DNA of 62,077 nucleotides, filler included. It is 14 parts of 14 records of this genome, joined end to end, with 100 filler letters (N's around TTAATTAATTAA, not from the genome) between each part and the next. Parts side by side here need not be neighbours in the genome. Positions count along the whole stretch, not along the records: positions 43,602 to 48,260 come from SRR11831586_204; positions 48,361 to 55,113 come from SRR11831586_207; positions 55,214 to 57,762 come from SRR11831586_212; positions 57,863 to 59,929 come from SRR11831586_219; 10 more parts are not named here. One strand, given 5' to 3'. How positions within the stretch are numbered: the stretch's first letter is position 1; each line of letters begins with the position of its first letter. Shown here one piece after another: positions 47,072-60,029 of this stretch. The notes below the pieces were generated by a model. The model was not told the origin of the DNA. It did no database searches and saw only the letters and a list, made by a program, of their open reading frames with translations. The translations under genes and the position numbers were made by a program.

Positions 47072-47737
47072 TTAACTCGCCTGCAAAGCGTTGATTTCGG
47101 ATTTATCTGCCAGTCTTTTCAACAGCATATTGAGTAATACGCCATACATTGGCAGGAAGAAAACGATACTGATTAACACTTTGAAACAGTAATCGACCAG
47201 CGCGATTTCCATCCAGTGTTCAGCCATAAAGGCATCCGGGCTACGCCAGAAGGCAATGAAGAAAAAGGCCAGCGTGTCGCTGACGTTACCGAACAGTGTG
47301 GACGCTGTCGGTGCCAGCCACCAGCGGCGACTCTGACGCAGGCGGTTAAAAACGTGCACGTCGAGGATTTGCCCCAGCGCGTAGGCCATGAAACTGGCGG
47401 TGGCGATACGGGCGACAAACAGGTTGAAGTGGGCGAGTGCGCCGAATCCCTGCCAGGAACCCATATAGAATAGCGACGAGATGACGTAGGAGATTAATAA
47501 CGCAGGGATCATTACCGCGAAGATAATGCGTCGGGCCAGCGGTGCGCCAAAAATACGCACGGTCAGGTCGGTAGCAAGAAAAATAAACGGAAAGCTAAAC
47601 GCGCCCCAGGTGGTATGGAAACCCAAAATGGAGACGGGAAGCTGAACCAGATAGTTACTGGAGGTGATCACCAGCAGATGAAATAACGATAACCAGAACA
47701 ACGCCTTATAGCGTTGAGTTTGCGAGAAAACGTTCAT
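47072..47737 (-). CDS. yhhQ: Queuosine precursor transporter YhhQ
   Basis: FPFIFLATDLTVRIFG; synteny with tusA. Confidence 0.93.
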   Translation of the reverse strand: MNVFSQTQRYKALFWLSLFHLLVITSSNYLVQLPVSILGFHTTWGAFSFPFIFLATDLTVRIFGAPLARRIIFAVMIPALLISYVISSLFYMGSWQGFGALAHFNLFVARIATASFMAYALGQILDVHVFNRLRQSRRWWLAPTASTLFGNVSDTLAFFFIAFWRSPDAFMAEHWMEIALVDYCFKVLISIVFFLPMYGVLLNMLLKRLADKSEINALQAS

Positions 47738-47957
47738 ATTGTACCTTTTTGATTAACCATTGGGGTGAGGGAACCCAATACGTACGACACGTCTGTTACC
47801 TTAACATAATAACGTGCTTACCCTTTTTTCGAGCCGCCGCATGATACTGCTTTACGTTGACAATGCAATGGTTAATTTTCACGCAATCGTTAACCTAGTT
47901 TGCTTACGGACTCACAGGGCGTAAACTAGCGCCGTTTTTTTAAGTGATGAGAAGAAA

Positions 47958-48203
47958 ATGACCGATCTCTTTTCCAGCCCTGACCACACACTCGACGCGC
48001 TTGGCCTGCGCTGCCCGGAACCGGTGATGATGGTGCGCAAAACCGTGCGCAATATGCAGCCTGGCGAAACGTTGCTGATTATCGCCGACGATCCGGCCAC
48101 TACCCGCGATATTCCTGGGTTTTGTACCTTTATGGAACACGAACTGGTTGCTAAAGAGACGGATGGACTGCCTTATCGTTATTTGATTCGTAAAGGCGGT
48201 TGA
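47958..48203 (+). CDS. tusA: Sulfur carrier TusA
   Basis: [11 protein letters not shown] motif. Confidence 0.97.
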
Positions 48204-48234
48204 TAGGGGCTGATTGGCTTCGATGCCGCCTTTT

Positions 48235-48260
48235 CCCCTCACCCTAACCCTCTCCCCAGA
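48235..48260. repeat. BoxC-type intergenic repeat, truncated at contig end
   Basis: CCCCTCACCCTAACCCTCTCCCC. Confidence 0.7.
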
Positions 48261-48360
48261 NNNNNNNNNNNNNNNNNNNNNNNNNNNNNNNNNNNNNNNN
48301 NNNNTTAATTAATTAANNNNNNNNNNNNNNNNNNNNNNNNNNNNNNNNNNNNNNNNNNNN

Positions 48361-48426
48361 GGCAGCATTGACCTGCTCCAGCGGAGAGGCCAGATTGCTG
48401 CCTATGGCAATATACGCCACTGTCAT
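48361..48426 (-). CDS. folK: HPPK FolK, first 22 codons only
   Basis: [26 protein letters not shown] overlap with the pcnB stop. Confidence 0.92.
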
Positions 48427-49820
48427 GCGGTACCCTCACGACGTGGTGCGCGTTTGCGTGGACGACGAGTACGACGACGCGGTGACGGTTCTTCATCCAG
48501 CTCGTTGAGCATCCCTTTTTGGTCTGGTGGCGCGGAAACCTGGAACTCACCCCACCATTTCACCAGACGCTGCAGTTCAGCGTTACGCTCAACTTCAGCT
48601 CGCAAGGCCAACAGGTCATAAGCCGCACGGAACTTAGGATGCTCCAGCAGTTTCCATGCGCGTTTACCCTGACGACGGGACATACGCAACTGCAACTGCC
48701 AGATATCGCGGGTTAATGTCGTCAGACGTTTCGGGATTGCCAGTGAACGGCAGGCTTCGTCCAGCACGTCGTTCATCGCCAGCGCGAAAGCGTCGTGATA
48801 GGTCAGGCCGCTTTCCTGGGCGATCTTCTGTGCCGTCTCCAGCAGTGGGTACCAGAACATGGCGGCAAACAGGAACGCCGGGTTCACGCGCATATCGTTA
48901 TGGATACGCGTATCGGTATTCTTCAGCACCTGTTCAATGATCCGCTCCATCGGGCTGTCGCCATTTTCCGTGAAGTAGCGGGTAATGGTCGGGAACAGCG
49001 GCTGGAACAGATGATATTCACACAACAGCTTATAGGTTTCGTAACCGTAGCCCGCTTGTAGCAGTTTAAGCGATTCTTCAAACAGGCGTGCCGGTGGGAT
49101 ATCGTTCAGCAGGGTAGCGAGGCGAGGGATCGGTTCTGCGGTTTCCGGGCTGATGCGCATACCCAATTTGGCGGCAAAACGTACCGCGCGCAGCATACGT
49201 ACCGGATCTTCACGGTAGCGCGTTTCCGGGTTACCAATCAGACGGATAACGCCGTCCTTCAGATCCTTCATGCCGCCAACGTAATCACGGACGGTAAAAT
49301 CCGCTACGCTGTAATACAGGCTGTTGATAGTGAAATCGCGGCGCTGGGCGTCTTCTTCGATGGAGCCGAAAATGTTGTCGCGCAGCAACATGCCGTTTTG
49401 CCCGCGTTGGGAGGTCGTGCGGTCGCTGACGTTACCTTCGTGGTGTCCACGGAAGGTCGCAACTTCGATAATCTCCGGGCCAAACATTACATGAGCCAGA
49501 CGGAAACGGCGACCCACCAGGCGGCAGTTACGGAACAGTTTGCGCACCTGCTCAGGCGTGGCGTTAGTGGTTACGTCAAAATCTTTCGGCTTTTTGCCAA
49601 GTAACAGGTCGCGCACGCCGCCGCCAACCAGCCAGGCTTCGTATCCCGCTTTATTGAGCCTGTACATTACCTTCAGGGCATTTTCACTGATATCTTTGCG
49701 GGAAATAGCATGCTGCTCACGCGGGATCACCGTCACCTGTGGACGGGCGACTGCCTGTTCAGCCTCGCTTTCCTCGCGGCTTAGCACCTTGCGGCAAAAA
49801 TTAGCGACTCGGGTAAAAAT
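48423..49820 (-). CDS. pcnB: Poly(A) polymerase I, ATT start codon
   Basis: [36 protein letters not shown] upstream of ATT at 49820 (known non-canonical start). Confidence 0.96.
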
Positions 49821-49879
49821 AGTACACCTCGGTAGTGTCAAACATCATTCAGGACAAAAAAATAGCGGCTAATCATAGC

Positions 49880-50776
49880 TCAGCATGACGCATTTGAGAA
49901 TGTTGAATTTACAATTGCCGACTCGGGCACGGCGGTAAGCCGCCAGTTTTTGACGGCTGACTGAAGGATTTGCTCGACGCTGAAATCCTGCCAGTGTGCT
50001 TCTGCCTGCTGCCCCAGAAATTGAAGTGCCGCGATTAGTACCGGGCGTGGATCGCCTTTCGGCAACGCAGGCGCATGATTCTGCTTGGAAAGTTTAGCGC
50101 CTTGTGGATTAAGCGCCAGCGGCAGATGAATGTAATCTGGCACTTTCCAGCCAAAAAGCTGGTACAGCGAGATTTGCCTTACTGTTGGTTCAATCAGATC
50201 AGCCCCACGCACTATTTCTGTAACGCCCTGGAAATGATCATCAACCACAACAGCCAGGTTGTAGGCGAACAACCCATCACGGCGATGAATGATAAAATCT
50301 TCCCGTGCCAGTTTTTCGTCGGCGTGAATAATGCCGCGCAGCTGGTCAGTAAATTGCGTGACCGGATGCTGCTGGCGGATACGCACTGCGGCGTTGTCTG
50401 GTCCATGATGCAACACCCGGCAATGACCGTCGTAAATACCGCCAATGCTTTGAATACGCGCACGCGTACAGGTGCAGTAATAACTTAGTCCTTGTTCATG
50501 TAACCAGGCGAGTGCTTCACGATAGGCGTCGTGACGTTGCGATTGCCAGAGAACATCGCCGTCCCAGTGCAGACCGTAATGTTCCAGCTGGCGCAGGATA
50601 GTTTCTGCGGCACCGGGAACTTCACGAGGCGGGTCGATATCTTCTATGCGTACCAGCCAGCGACCTTGCCGGGCGCGAGCCTGCAAATAGCTGCCGAGCG
50701 CGGCGATCAGAGAGCCAAAATGAAGCTCGCCGGAAGGAGAGGGGGCGAAGCGGCCAATATACTGTGTGTCTGTCAT
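49880..50776 (-). CDS. gluQ: Glutamyl-Q tRNA(Asp) synthetase
   Basis: [19 protein letters not shown]. Confidence 0.95.
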   Translation of the reverse strand: MTDTQYIGRFAPSPSGELHFGSLIAALGSYLQARARQGRWLVRIEDIDPPREVPGAAETILRQLEHYGLHWDGDVLWQSQRHDAYREALAWLHEQGLSYYCTCTRARIQSIGGIYDGHCRVLHHGPDNAAVRIRQQHPVTQFTDQLRGIIHADEKLAREDFIIHRRDGLFAYNLAVVVDDHFQGVTEIVRGADLIEPTVRQISLYQLFGWKVPDYIHLPLALNPQGAKLSKQNHAPALPKGDPRPVLIAALQFLGQQAEAHWQDFSVEQILQSAVKNWRLTAVPESAIVNSTFSNASC

Positions 50777-50843
50777 CTCTTTGAAACAAAAAATAAGGCG
50801 GGAGCATTTCCCGCCTGTGGTAAACGTGATGGAACGGCTGTAA

Positions 50844-51299
50844 TTAGCCAGCCATCTGTTTTTCGCGAATTTCAGCCAGCGTTTTGCAGTCGATGCACAG
50901 ATCGGCTGTCGGGCGCGCTTCCAGACGGCGAATACCAATTTCAACACCGCAGGATTCGCAGTAGCCGAAATCTTCGTCTTCCACTTTTTTCAGCGTCTTC
51001 TCGATCTTTTTGATCAGCTTACGCTCGCGATCGCGGTTACGCAGTTCGAGGCTGAACTCTTCTTCCTGGGCTGCACGGTCTACCGGGTCCGGGAAGTTGG
51101 CTGCTTCATCCTGCATATGTGTAACGGTGCGATCGACTTCATCCCTGAGTTGATTACGCCATGCTTCCAGAATACGACGGAAGTGCGCCAGCTGGGCTTC
51201 ATTCATATACTCTTCGCCCGGCTTCTCCTGATATGGTTCCACCCCAGCGATGGCGAGAATACTCAGGGACGATGTTTTACGGTTTTGCCCTTCTTGCAT
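50844..51299 (-). CDS. dksA: RNA polymerase-binding factor DksA
   Basis: DPVD coiled-coil tip, CESC...CIDC zinc finger. Confidence 0.98.
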   Translation of the reverse strand: MQEGQNRKTSSLSILAIAGVEPYQEKPGEEYMNEAQLAHFRRILEAWRNQLRDEVDRTVTHMQDEAANFPDPVDRAAQEEEFSLELRNRDRERKLIKKIEKTLKKVEDEDFGYCESCGVEIGIRRLEARPTADLCIDCKTLAEIREKQMAG

Positions 51300-51476
51300 G
51301 TTGCTTCTCCTTAACACGCACTATCGATCCCCATGTTCGGGGGAAAAATGAGGCCGCTATAAATAGCAGATGCTTTTCCGGATAGCAATTATCTAAACGT
51401 AACACTTGACAACTGTGTGAGGAAAAGCGTATTTGCGCACGCGACCAGAATGTAAATTAACCAGTTACTTACTTTA

Positions 51477-52726
<1,250 letters not shown>

Positions 52727-52799
52727 GTGAGGCACTCGGTTATGAATTACCGCGATGCTACAATGTGGCGCGAAGAATGTTAACCCTCTGGAGCGTTTT

Positions 52800-55113
52800 G
52801 TGTCGTCGTTGCCCGTTGCTGCCGTCTTACCTGAATTACTTACCGCTCTCGATTGTGCGCCGCAGGTATTATTAAGTGCGCCGACCGGGGCCGGGAAATC
52901 AACCTGGCTGCCGCTGCAACTGCTGGCGCATCCCGGCATTAACGGGAAAATTATCCTGCTGGAGCCGCGTCGTCTGGCGGCGCGTAACGTCGCGCAACGG
53001 CTGGCGGAGCTGCTTAACGAAAAGCCAGGCGATACCGTTGGCTACCGGATGCGTGCGCAAAACTGCGTCGGGCCGAATACCCGCCTGGAAGTGGTTACCG
53101 AAGGCGTGCTGACGCGCATGATCCAGCGTGACCCGGAACTGAGCGGTGTTGGACTGGTGATCCTTGATGAATTTCATGAGCGCAGCTTGCAGGCGGATTT
53201 GGCGTTGGCGCTGTTACTCGATGTGCAACAAGGTCTGCGTGATGACCTTAAACTGCTGATTATGTCGGCTACCCTGGACAACGACCGCTTGCAGCAAATG
53301 CTGCCAGAAGCGCCTGTCGTCATCTCAGAAGGGCGCTCGTTTCCGGTTGAACGCCGTTATTTACCGCTGCCCGCGCATCAGCGTTTTGACGATGCCGTTG
53401 CGGTAGCCACCGCTGAAATGCTGCGTCAGGAAAGCGGATCATTACTGTTATTTTTACCTGGCGTCGGAGAAATTCAGCGTGTGCAGGAACAACTGGCTTC
53501 GCGCATCGGCAGTGATGTATTGCTCTGCCCGCTGTATGGCGCGTTGTCGCTGAACGATCAGCGAAAAGCGATCCTCCCGGCACCGCAAGGGATGCGCAAA
53601 GTGGTGCTGGCGACCAATATTGCTGAAACCAGTTTAACCATTGAAGGTATTCGTCTGGTGGTGGATTGTGCCCAGGAGCGTGTGGCGCGTTTTGATCCGC
53701 GCACGGGGCTTACGCGACTGATTACTCAACGCGTTAGCCAGGCATCCATGACGCAGCGTGCCGGGCGCGCCGGGCGTCTGGAGCCGGGTATCAGCCTGCA
53801 TTTAATCGCCAAAGAACAAGCAGAACGCGCCGCGGCGCAAAGTGAACCGGAGATCTTACAAAGCGATCTTTCCGGTTTGCTGATGGAATTACTGCAATGG
53901 GGATGCAGCGATCCGGCGCAGATGAGCTGGCTGGATCAACCGCCAGTAGTGAATCTACTGGCCGCGAAACGTCTGTTACAAATGCTGGGGGCACTGGAGG
54001 GTGAACGGCTTAGTGCGCAAGGGCAAAAAATGGCAGCGCTGGGTAACGATCCGCGTTTAGCGGCAATGCTGGTTAGCGCGAAGAACGACGACGAAGCTGC
54101 TACCGCGGCAAAAATTGCCGCCATTCTCGAAGAGCCGCCACGGATGGGCAATAGTGACCTGGGCGTGGCGTTTTCGCGCAATCAACCAGCCTGGCAGCAA
54201 CGTAGTCAGCAACTGTTAAAACGCTTAAACGTACGTGGCGGTGAGGCAGACAGTTCGCTTATCGCGCCGCTACTTGCCGGGGCGTTTGCCGATCGCATTG
54301 CTCGTCGCCGTGGGCAAGATGGACGCTATCAACTGGCAAACGGCATGGGAGCGATGCTCGATGCCAACGACGCGCTAAGCCGCCACGAATGGTTGATCGC
54401 ACCGTTATTATTGCAGGGCAGCGCCTCGCCGGATGCGCGGATTTTACTGGCGCTGCTGGTCGATATTGATGAGTTAGTACAACGCTGCCCGCAGCTGGTA
54501 CAGCAGTCTGACACTGTGGAGTGGGATGACGCGCAAGGTACGCTGAAAGCCTGGCGTCGGCTACAAATCGGTCAGTTGACGGTGAAAGTGCAGCCGCTGG
54601 CGAAACCGTCAGAAGACGAGTTGCATCAGGCGATGCTTAATGGCATCCGTGATAAAGGTTTAAGCGTGCTCAACTGGACGGCGGAAGCGGAACAGCTACG
54701 CTTGCGTTTGTTATGCGCCGCAAAGTGGTTGCCGGAATATGACTGGCCAGCGGTTGATGATGAAAGTTTATTGGCAGCGCTGGAAACGTGGCTGCTGCCA
54801 CATATGACTGGCGTACATTCACTACGCGGCCTGAAATCACTCGACATTTATCAGGCACTACGCGGATTACTTGATTGGGGAATGCAGCAACGTCTGGATA
54901 GTGAATTGCCTGCGCATTACACTGTGCCGACGGGAAGCCGGATCGCCATTCGTTATCATGAAGATAACCCGCCCGCGCTGGCGGTGAGAATGCAAGAGAT
55001 GTTTGGCGAGGCCACCAATCCGACGATCGCCCAGGGGCGCGTGCCGCTGGTGCTGGAGTTGCTTTCACCTGCCCAAAGGCCATTACAAATCACACGAGAT
55101 TTGAGCGACTTCT
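52800..55113 (+). CDS. hrpB: DEAH-type RNA helicase HrpB, 3'-truncated
   Basis: GAGKST, DEFHER, SAT, QRAGRAGR. Confidence 0.96.
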
Positions 55114-55213
55114 NNNNNNNNNNNNNNNNNNNNNNNNNNNNNNNNNNNNNNNNNNNNTTAATTAATTAANNNNNNNNNNNNNNNNNNNNNNNNNNNNNNN
55201 NNNNNNNNNNNNN

Positions 55214-56424
55214 ATGGTATGGCTGATGTCAAAGCACTCCATCCGCTTCACTTCCGGCAATTTCAACACGCTGGCAAGCGCGGTCAGTCGCTGGTGAACG
55301 GTAGATTGCTGCGAAAGTTTGCTGGTTAAGGCCGTCGCCGCATTGGTGCGCGCGAGTTTCAGATAACGCGCCCTATCGCCGCGAGGTTTGGTTTGAACAT
55401 TAATCTTGCGTCCCGCCAGTTCTGAAAGGGAATCGGCGAGCAGCGTTTTATCGCTAAGATTAAAATCGAGCAGGATCTCACCCGGTAAGGTGCGCATCTG
55501 GCTGCCTTGTAAATAGAACTGGCCTACGAAGGTTTCTACCACCTCGCTCAGTTCCGTACCGCCAGGCACTTTCGGGAAATAGCTGCGGCTGCCGAGCACT
55601 TTGCCCTGACGAATGAACAATACGTGGACACAAGCCATGCCCGCATCGAACGCCACACCAATAACGTCGAGGTCGTCGCCGGTATTGGAAACGAATTGTT
55701 TTTCGGTGACGCGTCGCACCGCCTGAATTTGGTCGCGAATACGTGCAGCTTCTTCAAACTCCAGATTCTGGCTGGCAGTTTCCATACGACTAATGAGTTG
55801 CGTAAGCACCTGATCATCTTTGCCAGACAAAAACAGGCGCACATACTCGACCTGCTGAGCGTATTCTTCTTCACTCACCAGTCCTTCAACGCACGGTCCC
55901 AGACAGCGCCCTATCTGGTATTGCAGACACGGACGCGAGCGATTGCGATAAACACTATTTTCGCACTGGCGAATGGGGAAAATCTTTTGCAGTAGCGCCA
56001 GTGTTTCACGTACGGCATAGCCATTCGGGAACGGGCCGAAATATTCACCTTTGGCATGCTTCGCACCACGATGCATCGCCAGACGCGGGTGGGTATCACC
56101 ACTCAGGAAGATAAAAGGATATGATTTATCATCGCGTAGCAAAACGTTGTAACGCGGCTGATAGAGTTTGATGTAGTTGTGTTCCAGCAACAGCGCTTCG
56201 GTTTCTGTGTGAGTAACCGTTACATCAATTTGCTGGATCTGGGCGACCAGCGCTTCGGTTTTGCGCGAAGCGAGGTTGCTACGGAAATAGCTGGAAAGCC
56301 GTTTTTTCAGGTCTTTCGCTTTGCCGACATAGATAACCGTACCACCAGCATCGTGCATGCGATAAACGCCTGGCTGGCTGGTTACGGTTTTTAAAAACGC
56401 TTTTGCGTCAAACTGATCACTCAC
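55214..56424 (-). CDS. uvrC: Excinuclease ABC subunit C, 3'-truncated
   Basis: GIY-YIG domain PGVY...[15 protein letters not shown] motif FEEAARIRD. Confidence 0.97.
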
Positions 56425-57077
56425 TGACTTGATAATGTCTCCGCATTACACAGACCATGGCGAATTGCCAGGTGAGTCAGCTCAACATCGCCATGAATGT
56501 TTAGTTTACTGAACATACGATAGCGGTAGCTGTTCACCGTTTTCGGACTGAGATTGAGCTGTTCTGAGATCTCATTGACCTTCTGGCCCTTGGTGATCAT
56601 CAGCATAATCTGCAATTCACGTTCAGACAAACTGGCAAATGGGCTTTCTGTTTTTTCTGGTTCGATCTGGCTTAACGCCATTTGTTGAGCGATGTCAGAA
56701 GCAATGTAACGCTGCCCTGAATAGACAGAACGAATCGCACTCACGACTTCCTGCGGAGCCGCGCCTTTGCTGAGGTAGCCCGCAGCACCGGCCTGCATGA
56801 CTTTCGCTGGTAAAGGGTTTTCTGTATGGACGGTAAGCATGATGATTTTGACATCAGCTGTGGAACGCGCGATTTTACGCGTCGCCTCAAGACCGCCAAT
56901 GCCCGGCATACTCATGTCCATTAGCACCACGTCAACGGCATTTGTCCGGCACCACTTAACGGCGTCTTCACCGCACGATGCCTCACCGACGACTTTTATA
57001 CCCTTTATATCTTCCAGAATGCGTCGTATCCCTGCGCGCACCAGTTCGTGGTCATCAACAAGTAGAACGTTGATCAA
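56421..57077 (-). CDS. uvrY: Response regulator UvrY
   Basis: REC domain plus LuxR HTH; overlaps uvrC start. Confidence 0.97.
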   Translation of the reverse strand: MINVLLVDDHELVRAGIRRILEDIKGIKVVGEASCGEDAVKWCRTNAVDVVLMDMSMPGIGGLEATRKIARSTADVKIIMLTVHTENPLPAKVMQAGAAGYLSKGAAPQEVVSAIRSVYSGQRYIASDIAQQMALSQIEPEKTESPFASLSERELQIMLMITKGQKVNEISEQLNLSPKTVNSYRYRMFSKLNIHGDVELTHLAIRHGLCNAETLSSQ

Positions 57078-57535
57078 AGGAATATCTCCAGAAATAGGGA
57101 TAACGCTACTGATAGTTAGTCATTCGTATATTAGCGGTTTTTATTGCAACTTTGAAACGTTAAAAATGGTGGGTATTCGATTTTTCTCTCGTTTTTGTCA
57201 ATTCGATTGTCCACAGTTATGGTCACGCCCGTCACCAACGGCTTACCGGATCGTTTCACAGTAAGCCCTACGATGAAATGTGACAAAAATTGACTTTATT
57301 CAGCAAAAATGAAAATCAGCCCGCTGAATATGTAACATTAATTAACCCGAACAATACGGGCAAAAAACATTCATGATAAAAATATTTATTGGTCATTATA
57401 TTAACGTATTTTATAGCACTGCCGATATCACGCTCAAAAAACAACCACTGCTATTTTTAGCAAAGCTTATGGTATACTCCGCCGCCTTAACATTTTTCAC
57501 CGCAAATTTTCATTGCAACATGACGAGGAAAATAA

Positions 57536-57760
57536 ATGAGTACGCCTGATTTTTCTACTGCCGAGAATAATCAAGAACTGGCAAATGAAGTCTCCTGCCT
57601 GAAAGCGATGCTGACGCTGATGCTGCAGGCGATGGGACAAGCTGACGCGGGCCGCGTGATGTTAAAGATGGAAAAACAGCTTGCGCTGATCGAAGACGAA
57701 ACCCAGGCTGCAGTATTTTCCAAAACGGTTAAGCAAATTAAACAAGCCTACCGTCAGTAA
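57536..57760 (+). CDS. yecF: Small protein YecF
   Basis: 74 aa, divergent from uvrY. Confidence 0.9.
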
Positions 57761-57862
57761 TANNNNNNNNNNNNNNNNNNNNNNNNNNNNNNNNNNNNNN
57801 NNNNNNTTAATTAATTAANNNNNNNNNNNNNNNNNNNNNNNNNNNNNNNNNNNNNNNNNNNN

Positions 57863-59755
57863 CCTGAAACTCGAGGGTAACGGGGCTCATCACTGCGGGC
57901 TTCCCCTCTGCGGCGGCAATGCGTGCCCGCGCCCTGATCACGGGCGACACGTCCTGACTCACAGCGGAAAGGCGCGACCGTCCGCTGCCGATCGACACAC
58001 GCGACGCACGGCGCATGGACACACCGGGGTGGGCGTAATCGTACCCGTGAGAGGAACCCAAGCGGGCGAGCCCATCGATTGACCCCAGACGAGCCTGCCC
58101 AAAGGCGGAGGAGAGACGAGAGCGCGAGGATGTGAGTTGGTGTAGGCCGGAGCCGCGGGATTTGGAGTGGCGCACAGCCTGGCGTGCGTAACCGGGCCGC
58201 TGATACCCGCTGACGGCTAACTCGCGCTGGAGGTTTTGTATCCTGTGCATTGGTTGAGGGGGTGTGAGAAAGAAGAGCGGGGGGCAAGGTAGGAGAGGTG
58301 TGGGGCGCGCATTGCTGGGGGGTGAGGGACTAGGATGCAAACCCGAAAAAAAACAAAGACCGGCCAGTGCCCTGATGCACACACATTGCTGTGCGAGACG
58401 TACAGTTCCTGACTGTCCTTGAGCTGCGCCATCAGGGAATGCTCTCTTTTGCGATGCTTATCCACGGCCTGCTGCAGCGTAAGACGGTACTTCATTTCAG
58501 CCTGCACCTCCGTGCGCTTGTGACGCGCCTGCTCCTCCTCCAGTTTGATGGTCGCCTGTAGTCAGAGGCATCAGGACAGGTGCTTCAACACGACAAGCCC
58601 CGCCTCACAGAACAATAATGATACGCAGTACGAATGCAAGCATGTCTCATCGCACCTGCCTCGCAACAATGCTCACCAACACGGCAGACCGTTTGCCGAC
58701 ATACACACAGATACACACACGCATACAGGCACGCACACAAACAGACATACCCGTCGCTGCACATCGCGTATCATATCCTTCACCTTCTTGCGCTCAGACC
58801 CAAGCTCCTCCCCTGCACTCACGTTACTAAACAAATGCGTGGCTGTTACGCTGCTGTTCAGCGCCGAGGAGCCAGGCGCCACCGATGGGCTGCTTTGCTG
58901 TTGTTGCTGTTGTGTTTGTGTGACTGGTCCACGCCCGTCCCGTATCATATCATTCATTGCATGGCCCAACACGGTCTCCAGGCGCGCGCTCGAGTTTTGC
59001 AGATTCGCAATCACCTGCTCCTTCACACGTACACGGGCGTGCAGCTCCTTGATGGTTTCTGAGTTCACAAACAGATCCGACTGAAGTTCTTCGATTTTGC
59101 CACGCAGAACACGAACCAGGGAGTTGGCTGAGAGAATCTCGCTTTGTAGGCCGTCATACTGCGCACGCAGCGCATCATATTGCTCTTGTTGCTGTTGTCG
59201 TTCTTGCTCGAGCCGTGCCGCCCACGCGTGTTCAATCTGCGCAACTTTCATGCGGTGATGCGAGTCCTGCTCCGTGAGCGCGTTGCGGACTTCGGCTTTG
59301 TTGGCCAGCCTCATGCTGTTAAGCTTCTGCTCCACATCCTTGTGAACCCACGCAAGTCTATACACTATAGTGAGTACAGCGTATCTGAAACGTAGGAGCA
59401 TGGGTCGTACCTTTCTGTGGTGCGTGAATGGAGCTCACTCATGTGCTGATGAAGTTTTTTCTCCATAGCCGCCTTCATCACCACCCGGACGTCTGTAAGC
59501 TGATATTGCGCATCCTCCAGCATCTAGAGCAACATATTAGCTTACAAACAAAACAGCGGCAGATTCTCGCACCGATTTCAGATCCCCGAATTCAGCAGAA
59601 AGCACTTTTGCTTCTATGATATCAGACGTATCCGTCTGTTGCGCTCGCGTTTTGCGTGGACTTATTGATCCCTCTGGGGACATGAGGTCCGCGTCGGACC
59701 CGCTCTCGCGTCTGCCCGAAAGCACAATCGGTGGTAGGCGCACGTCCTCAGGCAT
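57863..59755 (-). CDS. Eukaryotic coiled-coil protein of unknown function, 3'-truncated; exons 59755-59573, 59523-59411, 59357-58751, 58555-58404, 58242-57863
   Basis: Phase-consistent GT-AG introns; E/Q/K/R/L-rich heptad-like segments, poly-Q tracts and a Ser/Arg-rich tail. Confidence 0.65.
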
Positions 59756-60029
59756 GTGTTATCATTTTCCGAGAAGAACCAACACAGCCACAAAGCGAAT
59801 ACACCACCAACAGAAAAATATGTATGGTCGACAGTGTTACCAACCAGCCAGCCGGTCAGCACGAACCAGTCGCGGGGCCCCGATCCGTCTGACCAAGTTA
59901 CGTGTGTGGCAGCCTTCGATCGGTCGAAANNNNNNNNNNNNNNNNNNNNNNNNNNNNNNNNNNNNNNNNNNNNTTAATTAATTAANNNNNNNNNNNNNNN
60001 NNNNNNNNNNNNNNNNNNNNNNNNNNNNN

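Noticed and set aside
47738-47957. Possible preQ1 riboswitch upstream of yhhQ
   Set aside because: A hairpin (ATTGGG...CCCAAT) is present, but I cannot match a preQ1 aptamer consensus; an Rfam/Infernal scan would be needed.
48235-48260. CCCTAACCCT as telomeric repeat
   Set aside because: A single unit inside an E. coli BoxC-type intergenic repeat, not a tandem array.
59524-59545. Apparent 22-nt ultra-short intron (GTAAGC...CTAG)
   Set aside because: It would not preserve the frame; the upstream donor at 59572 gives an in-frame 49-nt intron matching the modal size.
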